A stretch of 34,680 nt of DNA from Anaerolineales bacterium (GCA_027019845.1 JALUWE010000391.1:1-34680); one strand, 5' to 3'. Shown: positions 16,143 through 24,784, counted from the stretch's first letter. The notes: generated from the sequence alone by a model not told the origin. A program made the numbers and translations.

Positions 16143-16230
16143 GAAAAAGGCAAACCCGGTGAAAACCGGGGACGCAAAGCCATGGGTCTAAGGTTCACCC
16201 TGTGTGACTATGACTGCCAGGCTGCCAAAG
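16143..16230 (+). promoter_or_regulatory. c-di-GMP-I (GEMM-I)-like riboswitch aptamer
   Basis: AAAAAGGCAAACC-CGGU-GAAA-ACCG-GGGACGCAAAGCC-AUGGGUCUAAGGUUCACCCUGUG.... It has the GGCAAACC, GNRA-capped first hairpin, and the ACGCAAAGCC junction plus second hairpin, arranged as in the V. cholerae Vc2 aptamer as I remember it. A terminator follows. Boundaries approximate. Confidence 0.72.
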
Positions 16231-16253
16231 ATTGAAAGTGTACAAAATCGAAG

Positions 16254-16283
16254 GCAGACCTGGAAGTCAGGTCTGCTTTTTTT
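16254..16283 (+). terminator. Intrinsic terminator = riboswitch expression platform
   Basis: GCAGACCTG-GAAGT-CAGGTCTGC followed by TTTTTTT (16277-16283), 37 nt upstream of the flp ATG. The left arm GGCAGACCTGG is partly complementary to CTGCCAGGCTGCC (16214-16226) at the aptamer 3' side, a possible antiterminator. Confidence 0.7.
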
Positions 16284-16319
16284 CGTTTTTTTCATCTTTT
16301 CAAGAAAGGAGGCTGTATC

Positions 16320-16472
16320 ATGTTGTTCGCACCGAAAGAACAGGAAAAAGGGCAAGGGCTTGTCGAGTATGCACTTATTCTCGTCCTGGTTGCTGTTGTT
16401 GTCATCGTGATCCTCGCCCTGCTCGGCCCGGCGATTGGTAACGTGTTCAGCAACATCGTCACCAATATCTAG
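16320..16472 (+). CDS. flp: Flp/Fap-family type IVb pilin precursor (50 aa)
   Basis: Not in the ORF track because it is under 60 aa. AGGAGG (16307-16312) lies 7 nt before the ATG at 16320. Translation: MLFAPKEQEKGQGLVEYALILVLVAVVVIVILALLGPAIGNVFSNIVTNI. This is the Flp G/XXXXEY processing motif (G-QGLV-EY) followed by a hydrophobic helix. Confidence 0.8.
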   Translation: MLFAPKEQEKGQGLVEYALILVLVAVVVIVILALLGPAIGNVFSNIVTNI

Positions 16473-16504
16473 TGTTGCGCTATCATTCAATGGCTTTGGT
16501 AAGG

Positions 16505-16534
16505 AAAAAGCCCCGTCGTGAGACGGGGTTTTTT
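16505..16534. terminator. Bidirectional intrinsic terminator between flp and the YhhN gene
   Basis: AAAAAG-CCCCGTC-GTGA-GACGGGG-TTTTTT, with an A-run on one side and a T-run on the other, between convergent genes. Confidence 0.7.
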
Positions 16535-16539
16535 CCTTA

Positions 16540-17256
16540 TTAAGACAGAAAATGCATCCCGCTGCCCACGATTAGGGCAAGCTGCCCCAGGTGATAGGTG
16601 ATGCGTACTTTGATCCTGGCCTGTGAAACCGGGGCCACGAAACGATTCCAGGCCAACAAAACATCAGAAATGAAGAACAGCATCGCGCCTGCGCTCACCC
16701 ATAGCGCAGCAGAGACACCCCATTCCTGCTCGCTGCGTACAAGCGTCATCAAAGCGGAGAGCAGCATGACCCCCATGAGAGTCGAGTAAACCATCACCGG
16801 GACCTGCAGGCGTGTTTTTCCCCTGGCGAGCAACCCCGCCCGTATGCGTCGATATACACGAATGCCCGTCAGCCCCACCACCAACACCAATACGAAAAGC
16901 GCCGGATCGAGGGGAGGCCGCGAGAGGTTGAATCCCACAATGTAAGCCAGATGTGCCAGCAGAAACGACACCAATCCGGGCACAAATCGCTCTTCTGGCA
17001 GCATCAAAAACACGTCCCCAAACAGGGAGAACACGATCCCGAGCGCGAACCAACCCCAACCATCCGCCTCCGCCCACATCGCGGCCCACCCCGCCCCCTC
17101 CGGCAGCCGCGACCAGACAGCGTACCCCATCCATCCCAAAATAGCCGCCATGACCCCCGGCTTGGTCAGATACCCCCATCTGCGCTTGTCCCAATACACC
17201 GCGGCCCAATCCACGCAGGCCACCAGAAGAGGCAACCACACCAACGACATCGGCAC
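16540..17256 (-). CDS. YhhN-family membrane protein (lysoplasmalogenase family)
   Basis: Eight-helix hydrophobic protein with the two family signature blocks F.LFGDVFLML and FFISDVLLAWNRF. The start is the GTG at 17256 or the ATG at 17250, 3-9 nt after the era stop. Confidence 0.78.
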   Translation of the reverse strand: MPMSLVWLPLLVACVDWAAVYWDKRRWGYLTKPGVMAAILGWMGYAVWSRLPEGAGWAAMWAEADGWGWFALGIVFSLFGDVFLMLPEERFVPGLVSFLLAHLAYIVGFNLSRPPLDPALFVLVLVVGLTGIRVYRRIRAGLLARGKTRLQVPVMVYSTLMGVMLLSALMTLVRSEQEWGVSAALWVSAGAMLFFISDVLLAWNRFVAPVSQARIKVRITYHLGQLALIVGSGMHFLS

Positions 17257-17258
17257 GC

Positions 17259-18182
17259 TTACCTGCGGTGTCCTTTGAAGCCGAACAGGCTGAGCATTCG
17301 CTCGTTGTTCCGCCAGTTTTTGCGTACCTTGACGCGCAAATCCAGAAACACCTTGCGCCCGCTCATGGCCTCGATCTCCCGCCGGGCCATCGAGCCAATG
17401 CGTTTGATCATCTCCCCCCCGCGCCCGATCACGATGGGCTTTTGGGACTCGCGTTCCACGAAAATGGTAGCCGCGATGTAGGCGCCCCCCTCTCCCCGCT
17501 CCTTGAATTCGTCGATGCGGATAGCGATGGCGTGCGGGACTTCGTCGCGCAGGCTCAACAACGCGGCCTCCCGAATCAAATCCGCGGCGATCTCGCGCTC
17601 GTACAAGTCGGTAATCTGATCTTCGGGAAAAAACGCGGGGTGTTCGGGCAGTTTGCTGATCAGCAAATCGAGCAACTCAGCCAGATTGTGCCCGTAGGCG
17701 GCCGAGATGGGCATGACAGTCGCGCGCGGAAAGAGCGCACCAAACGCGGCCTGCCGCGCTGCCAGCGTCTCCTGATCGATCAGGTCGATCTTGTTGACCG
17801 CCAGCACCTGGGGAGGGAGCACCTGCACAGAGGCGATCACCTCTGCCAGCAAATGGTCTTCATCGTGGGGAGGTTGGCTACCGTCCACGATGGTCAGCAA
17901 CACGTCGGCGTCGTCCAGCGCGGCCTCGGCCTCCGCGTTCATGCGCTCGCCCAGCTTGTGCCGCGGGTGGTGAATGCCCGGCGTGTCGATGAAAACGATC
18001 TGGGCGTGTTCCAGGGTCAGGATGCCCAGTTGCTGGCGGCGTGTGGTCTGCGGCCGCGGAGTCACAGCCGCGATCTTCTGGCGTAAGACAGCATTGATCA
18101 GGGTGGATTTGCCCACGTTGGGCCGGCCGGCAACCGCGACGAAACCGGCGCGGTAGGATTGGGTGGAATTCTCGGCAGTCAT
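17259..18182 (-). CDS. era: GTPase Era
   Basis: G1 GRPNVGKST, G3 DTPG, G4 NKID, and a C-terminal KH domain (VERESQKPIVIGRGGEMIK). 307 aa. Confidence 0.95.
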   Translation of the reverse strand: MTAENSTQSYRAGFVAVAGRPNVGKSTLINAVLRQKIAAVTPRPQTTRRQQLGILTLEHAQIVFIDTPGIHHPRHKLGERMNAEAEAALDDADVLLTIVDGSQPPHDEDHLLAEVIASVQVLPPQVLAVNKIDLIDQETLAARQAAFGALFPRATVMPISAAYGHNLAELLDLLISKLPEHPAFFPEDQITDLYEREIAADLIREAALLSLRDEVPHAIAIRIDEFKERGEGGAYIAATIFVERESQKPIVIGRGGEMIKRIGSMARREIEAMSGRKVFLDLRVKVRKNWRNNERMLSLFGFKGHRR

Positions 18183-18476
18183 GTGAACTATTGTAACCTG
18201 AATTGCGGATAACGATGGAGGAACTCGTGGCGAGGGTGTACCGCGCTCTCCGTTTGGCTTTCAGGGATGGTTCATGTGCGTTGCACCTTGCCGAAGGGAG
18301 GGGCGTGAACGAGCGTATCTGACACGTAAACGCGTGGTACACTTGACATATCACACCTCGCACGACAACCTGGACGGGTTAGACGGATAATGAGCAGGGC
18401 ATTTGTCCCAAAACTCTGAGGACATTTGCCACCTCACGCTTTACACCTTCCTCAGTAAGATGGCATTTGGTTTAGA

Positions 18477-18616
18477 TAGGACTTACGTACTTGAAAAGTC
18501 GCCCCTGGACCTCACAGGTCTCAAGGCGCATGGAGATGCCCGGATGCAATTTGTTTTGGGTAAAATCTTCCTGCATCGTGTGGTAGTAGACCTGTGAGGT
18601 CCTAACGGCGTAAGTA
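18477..18616 (+). mobile_element. MITE-like repeat, copy B, flanked by a 9-bp direct duplication
   Basis: TAGGACTTACG ... CGTAAGTA imperfect terminal inverted repeats. Internal arms GGACCTCACAGGTC (5') and AGACCTGTGAGGTCC (3'). Exact direct repeat TGGTTTAGA at 18468-18476 and 18617-18625 immediately outside the element. Confidence 0.78.
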
Positions 18617-18649
18617 TGGTTTAGAATGATTTGTTCCCTGACACACTTT

Positions 18650-18676
18650 GCCAGGGCGGAGTCCCCTGGTTTTTTT
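18650..18676 (+). terminator. Terminator-like hairpin + T7 run in the PFOR upstream region
   Basis: CCAGGG-CGGAGTC-CCCTGG followed by TTTTTTT (18670-18676). It lies between MITE copy B and the PFOR start at 18811. The stem is short (6 bp). Confidence 0.35.
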
Positions 18677-18810
18677 CATATCTTCTATCGCTGCTTTTGA
18701 CCTTTCGTGAGGGAGCGAGGGGCGGGAGTATGGAACAGGAAGAAGGGGGCCGGGGTGTTCCTGGCTTTCCGTCTCCCTTTCCCCGCGCGGTCATATTACA
18801 GGAGAACAGT

Positions 18811-21800
18811 ATGGACAGGCCAATCGTTACGATTGACGGCAACGAAGCGACTGCACACGTAGCCTTTCATCTCAACGAAGTAATCGCCATTTACCCGATC
18901 ACGCCCGCCTCGCCAATGGGTGAACTGGCCGATCAGTGGGCTGCCGGGAAAAGGACCAACATCTGGGGCACCGTTCCCTTGATCGCGGAATTACAAAGCG
19001 AGGGGGGCGCAGCCGGCGCGGTACACGGCGCGCTGCAAACCGGCGCGCTGACCACCACTTTCACGGCCTCGCAGGGGCTGCTGCTCATGATGCCCAACTT
19101 GTTCAAAATCGCGGGGGAGCTGACCTCCGCGGTGATCCACGTCTCGGCGCGCTCCATCGCAGCTCAGGCGCTCTCCATCTTCGGCGACCATAGCGACGTG
19201 ATGGCCGTGCGCTCCACCGGCTTTGGGATGCTGGCCTCCGGCTCGGTACAGGAAGCCCAGGACATGGCGATGATCGCGCACGCGGCCACGCTGGAAGCAC
19301 GCGTGCCCTTCATTCACTTCTTCGACGGCTTCCGCACCTCGCACGAGGTCGCCAAAGTCGAGCAGTTGACCGTGGAGGACATGCGCGCCATGATCGACCC
19401 CGACCTGGTGCAGGCGCACCGCAACCGCGGCCTGTCTCCCGATAGGCCGTTCATTCGTGGTACCTCCCAGGGGCCGGACGTGTACTTCCAGGCGCGCGAG
19501 GCTGTCAACCCCTACTACCTGAAGTGTCCAGACATCGTGCAGAAAACGATGGACAAATTCGCCGCCCTGGTGGGCCGCCAATACCACCTGTTCGACTACG
19601 TGGGCGCGCCGGACGCGGAGCGCGTCATCGTGCTGATGGGCTCCGGCGCGGAGACTGCGCACGAGACCGTGGACTATCTGACCGGACAGGGCGAAAAAGT
19701 CGGTGTGCTCAAAGTCCGGCTGTACCGCCCCTTCGACGTGAAGCGTTTCGTCGAGAGCCTGCCCCCAACCGTCAAGGTGATCGCCGCCCTGGACCGCACC
19801 AAAGAACCCGGCAGCGCGGGAGAGCCGCTCTACCAGGACGTGGTCACCGCGCTGGCCGAGGCCCGCACCAATGGCGCCCCCCCGCCGCGCGTCATCGGCG
19901 GGCGCTACGGGCTGTCGTCCAAAGAGTTCACCCCCGCCATGGTCAAGGGAATCTTCGACGAGATGAAGAAAGATAACCCCAAGAACCACTTCACCATCGG
20001 CATCTACGACGACGTAACCCACACCAGTCTGGAATACGATCCCGATTTTTCGACCGAGGATCCGGAAACCATCCGGGCAGTGTTCTACGGCCTGGGAGCG
20101 GACGGCACGGTAGGGGCCAACAAAAACTCGATCAAGATCATCGGCGAGGAAACCGATTACCACGCGCAGGGCTACTTCGTTTACGACGCCAAAAAATCCG
20201 GCGCGATGACCGTCTCCCATCTGCGTTTTGGCCCCAAACCGATCCAATCCGCCTACCTGATCACCAAAGCCAACTTCGTCGCCTGCCACCAGTTCCAGTT
20301 TCTGGAACGCATCGACGTGCTCAAAGCGGCGCAGGAAGGGGCAACCTTCCTGCTCAACAGCCCCTACGGCCCGGAGGAGGTCTGGGACCACCTGCCGCGG
20401 CAGGTGCAGCAGCAAATCATCGACAAGAAACTGCGCTTCTTCGTGGTGGACGGCTACAAAGTGGCGCGGGAAACCAGCATGGGACGGCGCATCAACACCA
20501 TTTTGCAGGCCTGCTTCTTCGCCATCAGCGGGGTCTTGCCGCGCGAGGAGGCGATTGCCAAGATCAAGCAGGCCATCAAGAAAACCTACGGGCGCCGCGG
20601 GGAAGTCATTGTCGAACGCAATTACGCGGCAGTGGACATGGCGCTGGATTACCTGCACGAGGTGCGGGTTCCGGACGCGGTGACCAGCACGCTGGAGCGG
20701 GTGCCCCCGGTCCCGGCCAACGCGCCCGAATTCGTGCAAAACGTGACCGCCAAAATGATCGCCCAGCAAGGGGATGAACTGCCGGTTTCCCTGCTGCCCG
20801 CGGACGGCACCTACCCCTCCGGCACCACGCAGTGGGAAAAACGCGGCATCTCGATGGAAATTCCGGTCTGGGACCCGGACATCTGCATCCAGTGCGGCAA
20901 GTGCGTGCTGGTTTGCCCGCACGCGGTGATCCGCGCCAAAGTGTATGACCCCGCGCTGCTGGCCGCCGCGCCTGAAACCTTCAAACACGCGCCAGCGCGC
21001 TGGAAAGGACACAAAGACAAAGTCTACACCTTGCAGGTTTCGCCAGAAGACTGCACCGGCTGCACCCTGTGTGTGGAGGTCTGCCCGGTCAAGAACAAGA
21101 GCAACGTCTCGCTGAAAGCGGTCAACATGGCCGATAAAGAACCCATCCGCGAACACGAGCAGGAAAACTGGGACTTTTTCCTCAGCCTGCCCGAGATGCC
21201 GCGGGAGGCGATCAACCACGGGCTGGTCAAAGACGTGCAGCTTCTGGAGCCGCTGTTCGAGTTCTCCGGGGCCTGTGCAGGCTGCGGGGAGACGCCCTAC
21301 ATCAAATTGATGACCCAACTGTTCGGGGACCGCGCCATCGTAGCCAACGCCACCGGCTGCTCTTCGATTTACGGCGGCTACATGCCCACCACCCCTTACA
21401 CCGTCAACAAACAGGGCCGCGGCCCGGCCTGGTCCAACTCGCTGTTCGAAGACAACGCGGAATTCGGCCTGGGGATGCGCCTGACGCTGGACAAACAGAT
21501 CGAGTACGCCCGCGAACTGGTCGACCAACTGCGGGAGGTGATCGGCGAGGAGCTGGCCACCGCGCTGCTGGAGGCCGATCAGAGCACGGAAGAGGCCATC
21601 GCGGCGCAGCGCGAGCGGGTCGCCCGCCTCAAAGCAGCCCTCGCCGGTGTGGACAGCCCCCCCGCGCGCGACCTGCGCTCCCTGGCCGACGTGCTGGTCA
21701 AAAAGAGTGTCTGGATCGTGGGCGGCGACGGCTGGGCTTATGACATCGGCTACGGCGGCCTGGACCACGTGCTGGCTTCGGGCCGGGACGTGAACGTGCT

Positions 21801-22356
21801 GGTGCTGGACACGGAGGTGTACTCCAACACCGGCGGGCAGATGTCCAAAGCCACCCCGCGGGCCGCGGTCGCCAAGTTTGCTGCCAGCGGTAAGCCGTTG
21901 CCTAAGAAAGACCTCGCTATGCTGGCCATGACCTACGGCAATGTGTACGTGGCGCGGGTCGCGCTGGGCGGCAACGATGCCCATACTGTCAAAGCCTTTC
22001 TGGAGGCCGAATCCTACCCCGGCCCATCCCTGATCCTGGCTTACAGCCCGTGCATCGCCCACGGCTACGACCTGGCCCACAGCCTGGACCAGACCCAACT
22101 GGCCGTCAAATCCGGCTACTGGCCGCTCTTCCGCTTCGATCCCCGGCTGGCCGAACAGGGAAAAAATCCTTTCCACCTGGACTCCAAACCGCCTTCCATC
22201 CCGCTGGTAGACTACGTGTACAACGAAACACGCTACACCATGCTGGCACACAGCCAGCCCGAAGCGGCCAGGAAATTGCTCGAACAGGCACAGGAAGACG
22301 TGTACGCGCGCTGGAAGATGTACGAACAGTGGGCAAAGATGGAGAATGGCTCGTAA
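18811..22356 (+). CDS. nifJ: Pyruvate:ferredoxin (flavodoxin) oxidoreductase, single-polypeptide type
   Basis: N-terminus MDRPIVTIDGNEATAHVAF..IYPITPASPM. Two ferredoxin-type clusters CIQCGKCVLVCPH and CTGCTLCVEVCP. TPP-binding GGDGWAYDIGYGG. The ATG at 18811 follows GGAG. The 60-codon upstream extension in the track has no PFOR similarity. Confidence 0.95.
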   Translation: MDRPIVTIDGNEATAHVAFHLNEVIAIYPITPASPMGELADQWAAGKRTNIWGTVPLIAELQSEGGAAGAVHGALQTGALTTTFTASQGLLLMMPNLFKIAGELTSAVIHVSARSIAAQALSIFGDHSDVMAVRSTGFGMLASGSVQEAQDMAMIAHAATLEARVPFIHFFDGFRTSHEVAKVEQLTVEDMRAMIDPDLVQAHRNRGLSPDRPFIRGTSQGPDVYFQAREAVNPYYLKCPDIVQKTMDKFAALVGRQYHLFDYVGAPDAERVIVLMGSGAETAHETVDYLTGQGEKVGVLKVRLYRPFDVKRFVESLPPTVKVIAALDRTKEPGSAGEPLYQDVVTALAEARTNGAPPPRVIGGRYGLSSKEFTPAMVKGIFDEMKKDNPKNHFTIGIYDDVTHTSLEYDPDFSTEDPETIRAVFYGLGADGTVGANKNSIKIIGEETDYHAQGYFVYDAKKSGAMTVSHLRFGPKPIQSAYLITKANFVACHQFQFLERIDVLKAAQEGATFLLNSPYGPEEVWDHLPRQVQQQIIDKKLRFFVVDGYKVARETSMGRRINTILQACFFAISGVLPREEAIAKIKQAIKKTYGRRGEVIVERNYAAVDMALDYLHEVRVPDAVTSTLERVPPVPANAPEFVQNVTAKMIAQQGDELPVSLLPADGTYPSGTTQWEKRGISMEIPVWDPDICIQCGKCVLVCPHAVIRAKVYDPALLAAAPETFKHAPARWKGHKDKVYTLQVSPEDCTGCTLCVEVCPVKNKSNVSLKAVNMADKEPIREHEQENWDFFLSLPEMPREAINHGLVKDVQLLEPLFEFSGACAGCGETPYIKLMTQLFGDRAIVANATGCSSIYGGYMPTTPYTVNKQGRGPAWSNSLFEDNAEFGLGMRLTLDKQIEYARELVDQLREVIGEELATALLEADQSTEEAIAAQRERVARLKAALAGVDSPPARDLRSLADVLVKKSVWIVGGDGWAYDIGYGGLDHVLASGRDVNVLVLDTEVYSNTGGQMSKATPRAAVAKFAASGKPLPKKDLAMLAMTYGNVYVARVALGGNDAHTVKAFLEAESYPGPSLILAYSPCIAHGYDLAHSLDQTQLAVKSGYWPLFRFDPRLAEQGKNPFHLDSKPPSIPLVDYVYNETRYTMLAHSQPEAARKLLEQAQEDVYARWKMYEQWAKMENGS

Positions 22357-22400
22357 TTGGGTGCCAGTTGCCCAATTACAAATTACAAGGAGCGTGATTC

Positions 22401-23405
22401 ATGATCGATCTATCCACCACCTACCTGCACATGTCTCTCAAAAATCCCATCGTGGCCTCTGCCTCGCCCCTGTGCGAAAACCTCGACAACATCCGGCGCA
22501 TGGAAGATGTGGGTGTGGCCGCGGTGGTGCTGCATTCCCTGTTCGAGGAGCAGATTACCCTGCAAAGTGTAGACCTGGACCGCTACATCTCCTCCGGCAG
22601 CGAAAGTTTCGCCGAAGCGCTGTCCTACTTCCCCGACATGCGTTATTACAATCTGGGGCCCGACGGCTATCTGGAGCACATTCGCAAGGCCAAAGAGATG
22701 GTGGACATCCCGATCATCGCCAGCCTGAACGGCTATTCCAGCGGGGGGTGGATTCGCTACGCCAAAATGATGGAAGAAGCCGGGGCTGACGCGCTGGAAC
22801 TCAACATTTACTACCTTGCCACCGACCCCCAAACCACCAGCCAGGAAATCGAACGCATGTACGTCGAGCTGGTGCAGAACGTCACCAATAGCATCCAGAT
22901 TCCCGTGGCCGTCAAACTCAGCCCCTACTTCAGCGCAACCGCCAACATCGCCCATCAGTTGACCGAAGCGGGCGCAAAGGGGCTGGTGCTCTTCAACCGC
23001 TTCTACCAACCCGACATCGATCTGGAAACTTTGGAAGTCATCCCCAACCTGACCTTGAGCACCCCCGCGGAATTACGCCTGCGCCTGCGCTGGGTGGCTA
23101 TCCTGCACGATCAGTTGGAGGCCGATCTGGCCGTTACTGGCGGGGTACACACTGCCGCAGACGTGATCAAATCCATGATGGCCGGGGCAAATGTCAGCAT
23201 GATGACCTCCGCTTTGCTGTTGCGCGGCATCAATTACGTGTCCAGAGTGTACATGGATCTGCTCACCTGGATGGAAGAAAACGAATACGAATCCATCCAC
23301 CAGATGCAGGGCAGCATGAGCCAGAAAAAAGTCGGCGATCCCACCTCTTTCGCGCGGGCAAATTACATGAAGGTGCTGCGTTCCTTTGCGCTCAGAGAGC
23401 AGTAA
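22401..23405 (+). CDS. Dihydroorotate dehydrogenase-like TIM-barrel protein (not a canonical DHOD)
   Basis: DHOD class-1-like N-terminus (L.NPIVASASPL) and GADALELN block. However, the ELN(L/I)SCPN catalytic-base segment is replaced by LELNIYYLATD. AAGGAG SD before the ATG. Confidence 0.82.
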   Translation: MIDLSTTYLHMSLKNPIVASASPLCENLDNIRRMEDVGVAAVVLHSLFEEQITLQSVDLDRYISSGSESFAEALSYFPDMRYYNLGPDGYLEHIRKAKEMVDIPIIASLNGYSSGGWIRYAKMMEEAGADALELNIYYLATDPQTTSQEIERMYVELVQNVTNSIQIPVAVKLSPYFSATANIAHQLTEAGAKGLVLFNRFYQPDIDLETLEVIPNLTLSTPAELRLRLRWVAILHDQLEADLAVTGGVHTAADVIKSMMAGANVSMMTSALLLRGINYVSRVYMDLLTWMEENEYESIHQMQGSMSQKKVGDPTSFARANYMKVLRSFALREQ

Positions 23406-23422
23406 ACGTACCCCCACCTCCC

Positions 23423-24661
23423 ATGTCCCTCCTCGACAAAATCTCCCAACTCGAAACCCATTTCAACCAGCGCGAGCCCCAGGTGCTGGCCTTTCTCCCG
23501 GAAGAAGGCCGCTTCGACCGCCTGCGCCGGGAGGCCCGCGCCCTGCTCGAACGCTACCCCGACCCCGCGGGACGGCCCTCGCTGTTCGGCGTGCTGCTGG
23601 GCGTCAAAGACATCTTCCACGTGGACGGCTTCCCCACCCGCGCCGGCAGCCGGCTCCCCCCCGAAACGCTGGCAGGGCCGCAGGCCGAGAGCGTCACCCG
23701 CCTCAAAGACGCGGGCGCCCTCATCGTCGGCAAAACCGTAACCACCGAATTCGCCTATTTCGCGCCCGGCCCCACCCGCAACCCCCACAACCCGGCGCAC
23801 ACCCCCGGCGGCTCCAGCAGTGGCTCCGCGGCCGCGGTGGCTGCCGGTCTGTGCGAGCTGGCTCTCGGCACCCAAACCATCGGCTCGATCATTCGCCCGG
23901 CCGCGTTCTGCGGCGTGTTCGGCTACAAACCCAGCTTCGACCGCGCCTCCAAAACGGGCGTGATCCCGCTCTCGGCCTCCCTCGATCACGTCGGGTTGTT
24001 CGCCGCACACCTGGAGGGGCTACGCCGCGGCGCGCGCACCCTGTGCCCCGATTGGCGCGACCTGCTCGCCCCCCTTCCCCGCCCCGTGCTGGGCATCCCC
24101 GAAGGCCCCTACCTCGAACACGCCGAACCCGAAGGCCTGGCGCACTTCCGCCACACCTGCGAGCAACTCCAGGCCGCAGGCCTCACTATCAAACCCATCC
24201 CCGCCATGCCCGATTTCCCCAAGATCGTCGAACGCCACAACCTGATCGTGGCCGCGGAAGCCGCCCGCGTCCACGCCGCATGGTTCCGGGAGCACGAAAA
24301 CCTCTACCACCCCAAAACCGCCGACCTGATCCGCCGCGGGCAGGCCATCACCGAGGAGCAGCTTCACAATGCCCTCCCAGGCCGCCAACGGCTACGCGAC
24401 CAACTCACCACCCTGATGGACGAACACGGCATCCACCTATGGCTGTCCCCTTCCGCGCCCGGGCCGGCCCCCAAAGGGTTGGACAGCACCGGCAACCCGG
24501 TCATGAACCTGCCCTGGACCCACGCCGGGCTGCCCAGCCTCAACATCCCCTCCGGGAAAAGCCACAACAGCCTGCCCCTGGGATTGCAACTCGCCGCCCG
24601 CTTCCACCACGACGAGCAGCTTTTCGCCTGGGGGGCAATGATCGGATCGATGCTCTCATAA
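23423..24661 (+). CDS. Amidase-signature family amidase
   Basis: GGSSSGSAAAVAAG amidase signature with upstream catalytic Lys context (LGVKDIF). 412 aa. Confidence 0.88.
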   Translation: MSLLDKISQLETHFNQREPQVLAFLPEEGRFDRLRREARALLERYPDPAGRPSLFGVLLGVKDIFHVDGFPTRAGSRLPPETLAGPQAESVTRLKDAGALIVGKTVTTEFAYFAPGPTRNPHNPAHTPGGSSSGSAAAVAAGLCELALGTQTIGSIIRPAAFCGVFGYKPSFDRASKTGVIPLSASLDHVGLFAAHLEGLRRGARTLCPDWRDLLAPLPRPVLGIPEGPYLEHAEPEGLAHFRHTCEQLQAAGLTIKPIPAMPDFPKIVERHNLIVAAEAARVHAAWFREHENLYHPKTADLIRRGQAITEEQLHNALPGRQRLRDQLTTLMDEHGIHLWLSPSAPGPAPKGLDSTGNPVMNLPWTHAGLPSLNIPSGKSHNSLPLGLQLAARFHHDEQLFAWGAMIGSMLS

Positions 24662-24784
24662 TGAACACACCCCCGGAACACAGAGGGGACGGAGGACGGA
24701 AGACAGAGGACGGATGTCCCCCGGAACATAGAGACTCGCTGTGTAACCACCACCGGCTACAGACTCGCTGCGAACCGCGGTCAG

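Noticed and set aside
16188-16490. 100-aa minus-strand ORF (plus the 16204..16410 and 16232..16441 plus-strand ORFs)
   Set aside because: These overlap the riboswitch, its terminator and the flp gene. The flp frame has a strong SD and a family-specific motif, while these frames have none.
18631-18810. 60-codon N-terminal extension of the PFOR ORF
   Set aside because: The extension has no PFOR similarity and overlaps the terminator-like hairpin. The ATG at 18811 has a GGAG SD and yields the canonical PFOR N-terminus.
18991-22251. 1086-aa ORF on the minus strand
   Set aside because: It is exactly antisense to the PFOR gene. Its translation is low-complexity (Arg/Gly/Ala/Val/His-rich) with no motifs. 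This is the expected stop-free shadow frame of a high-GC3 gene.
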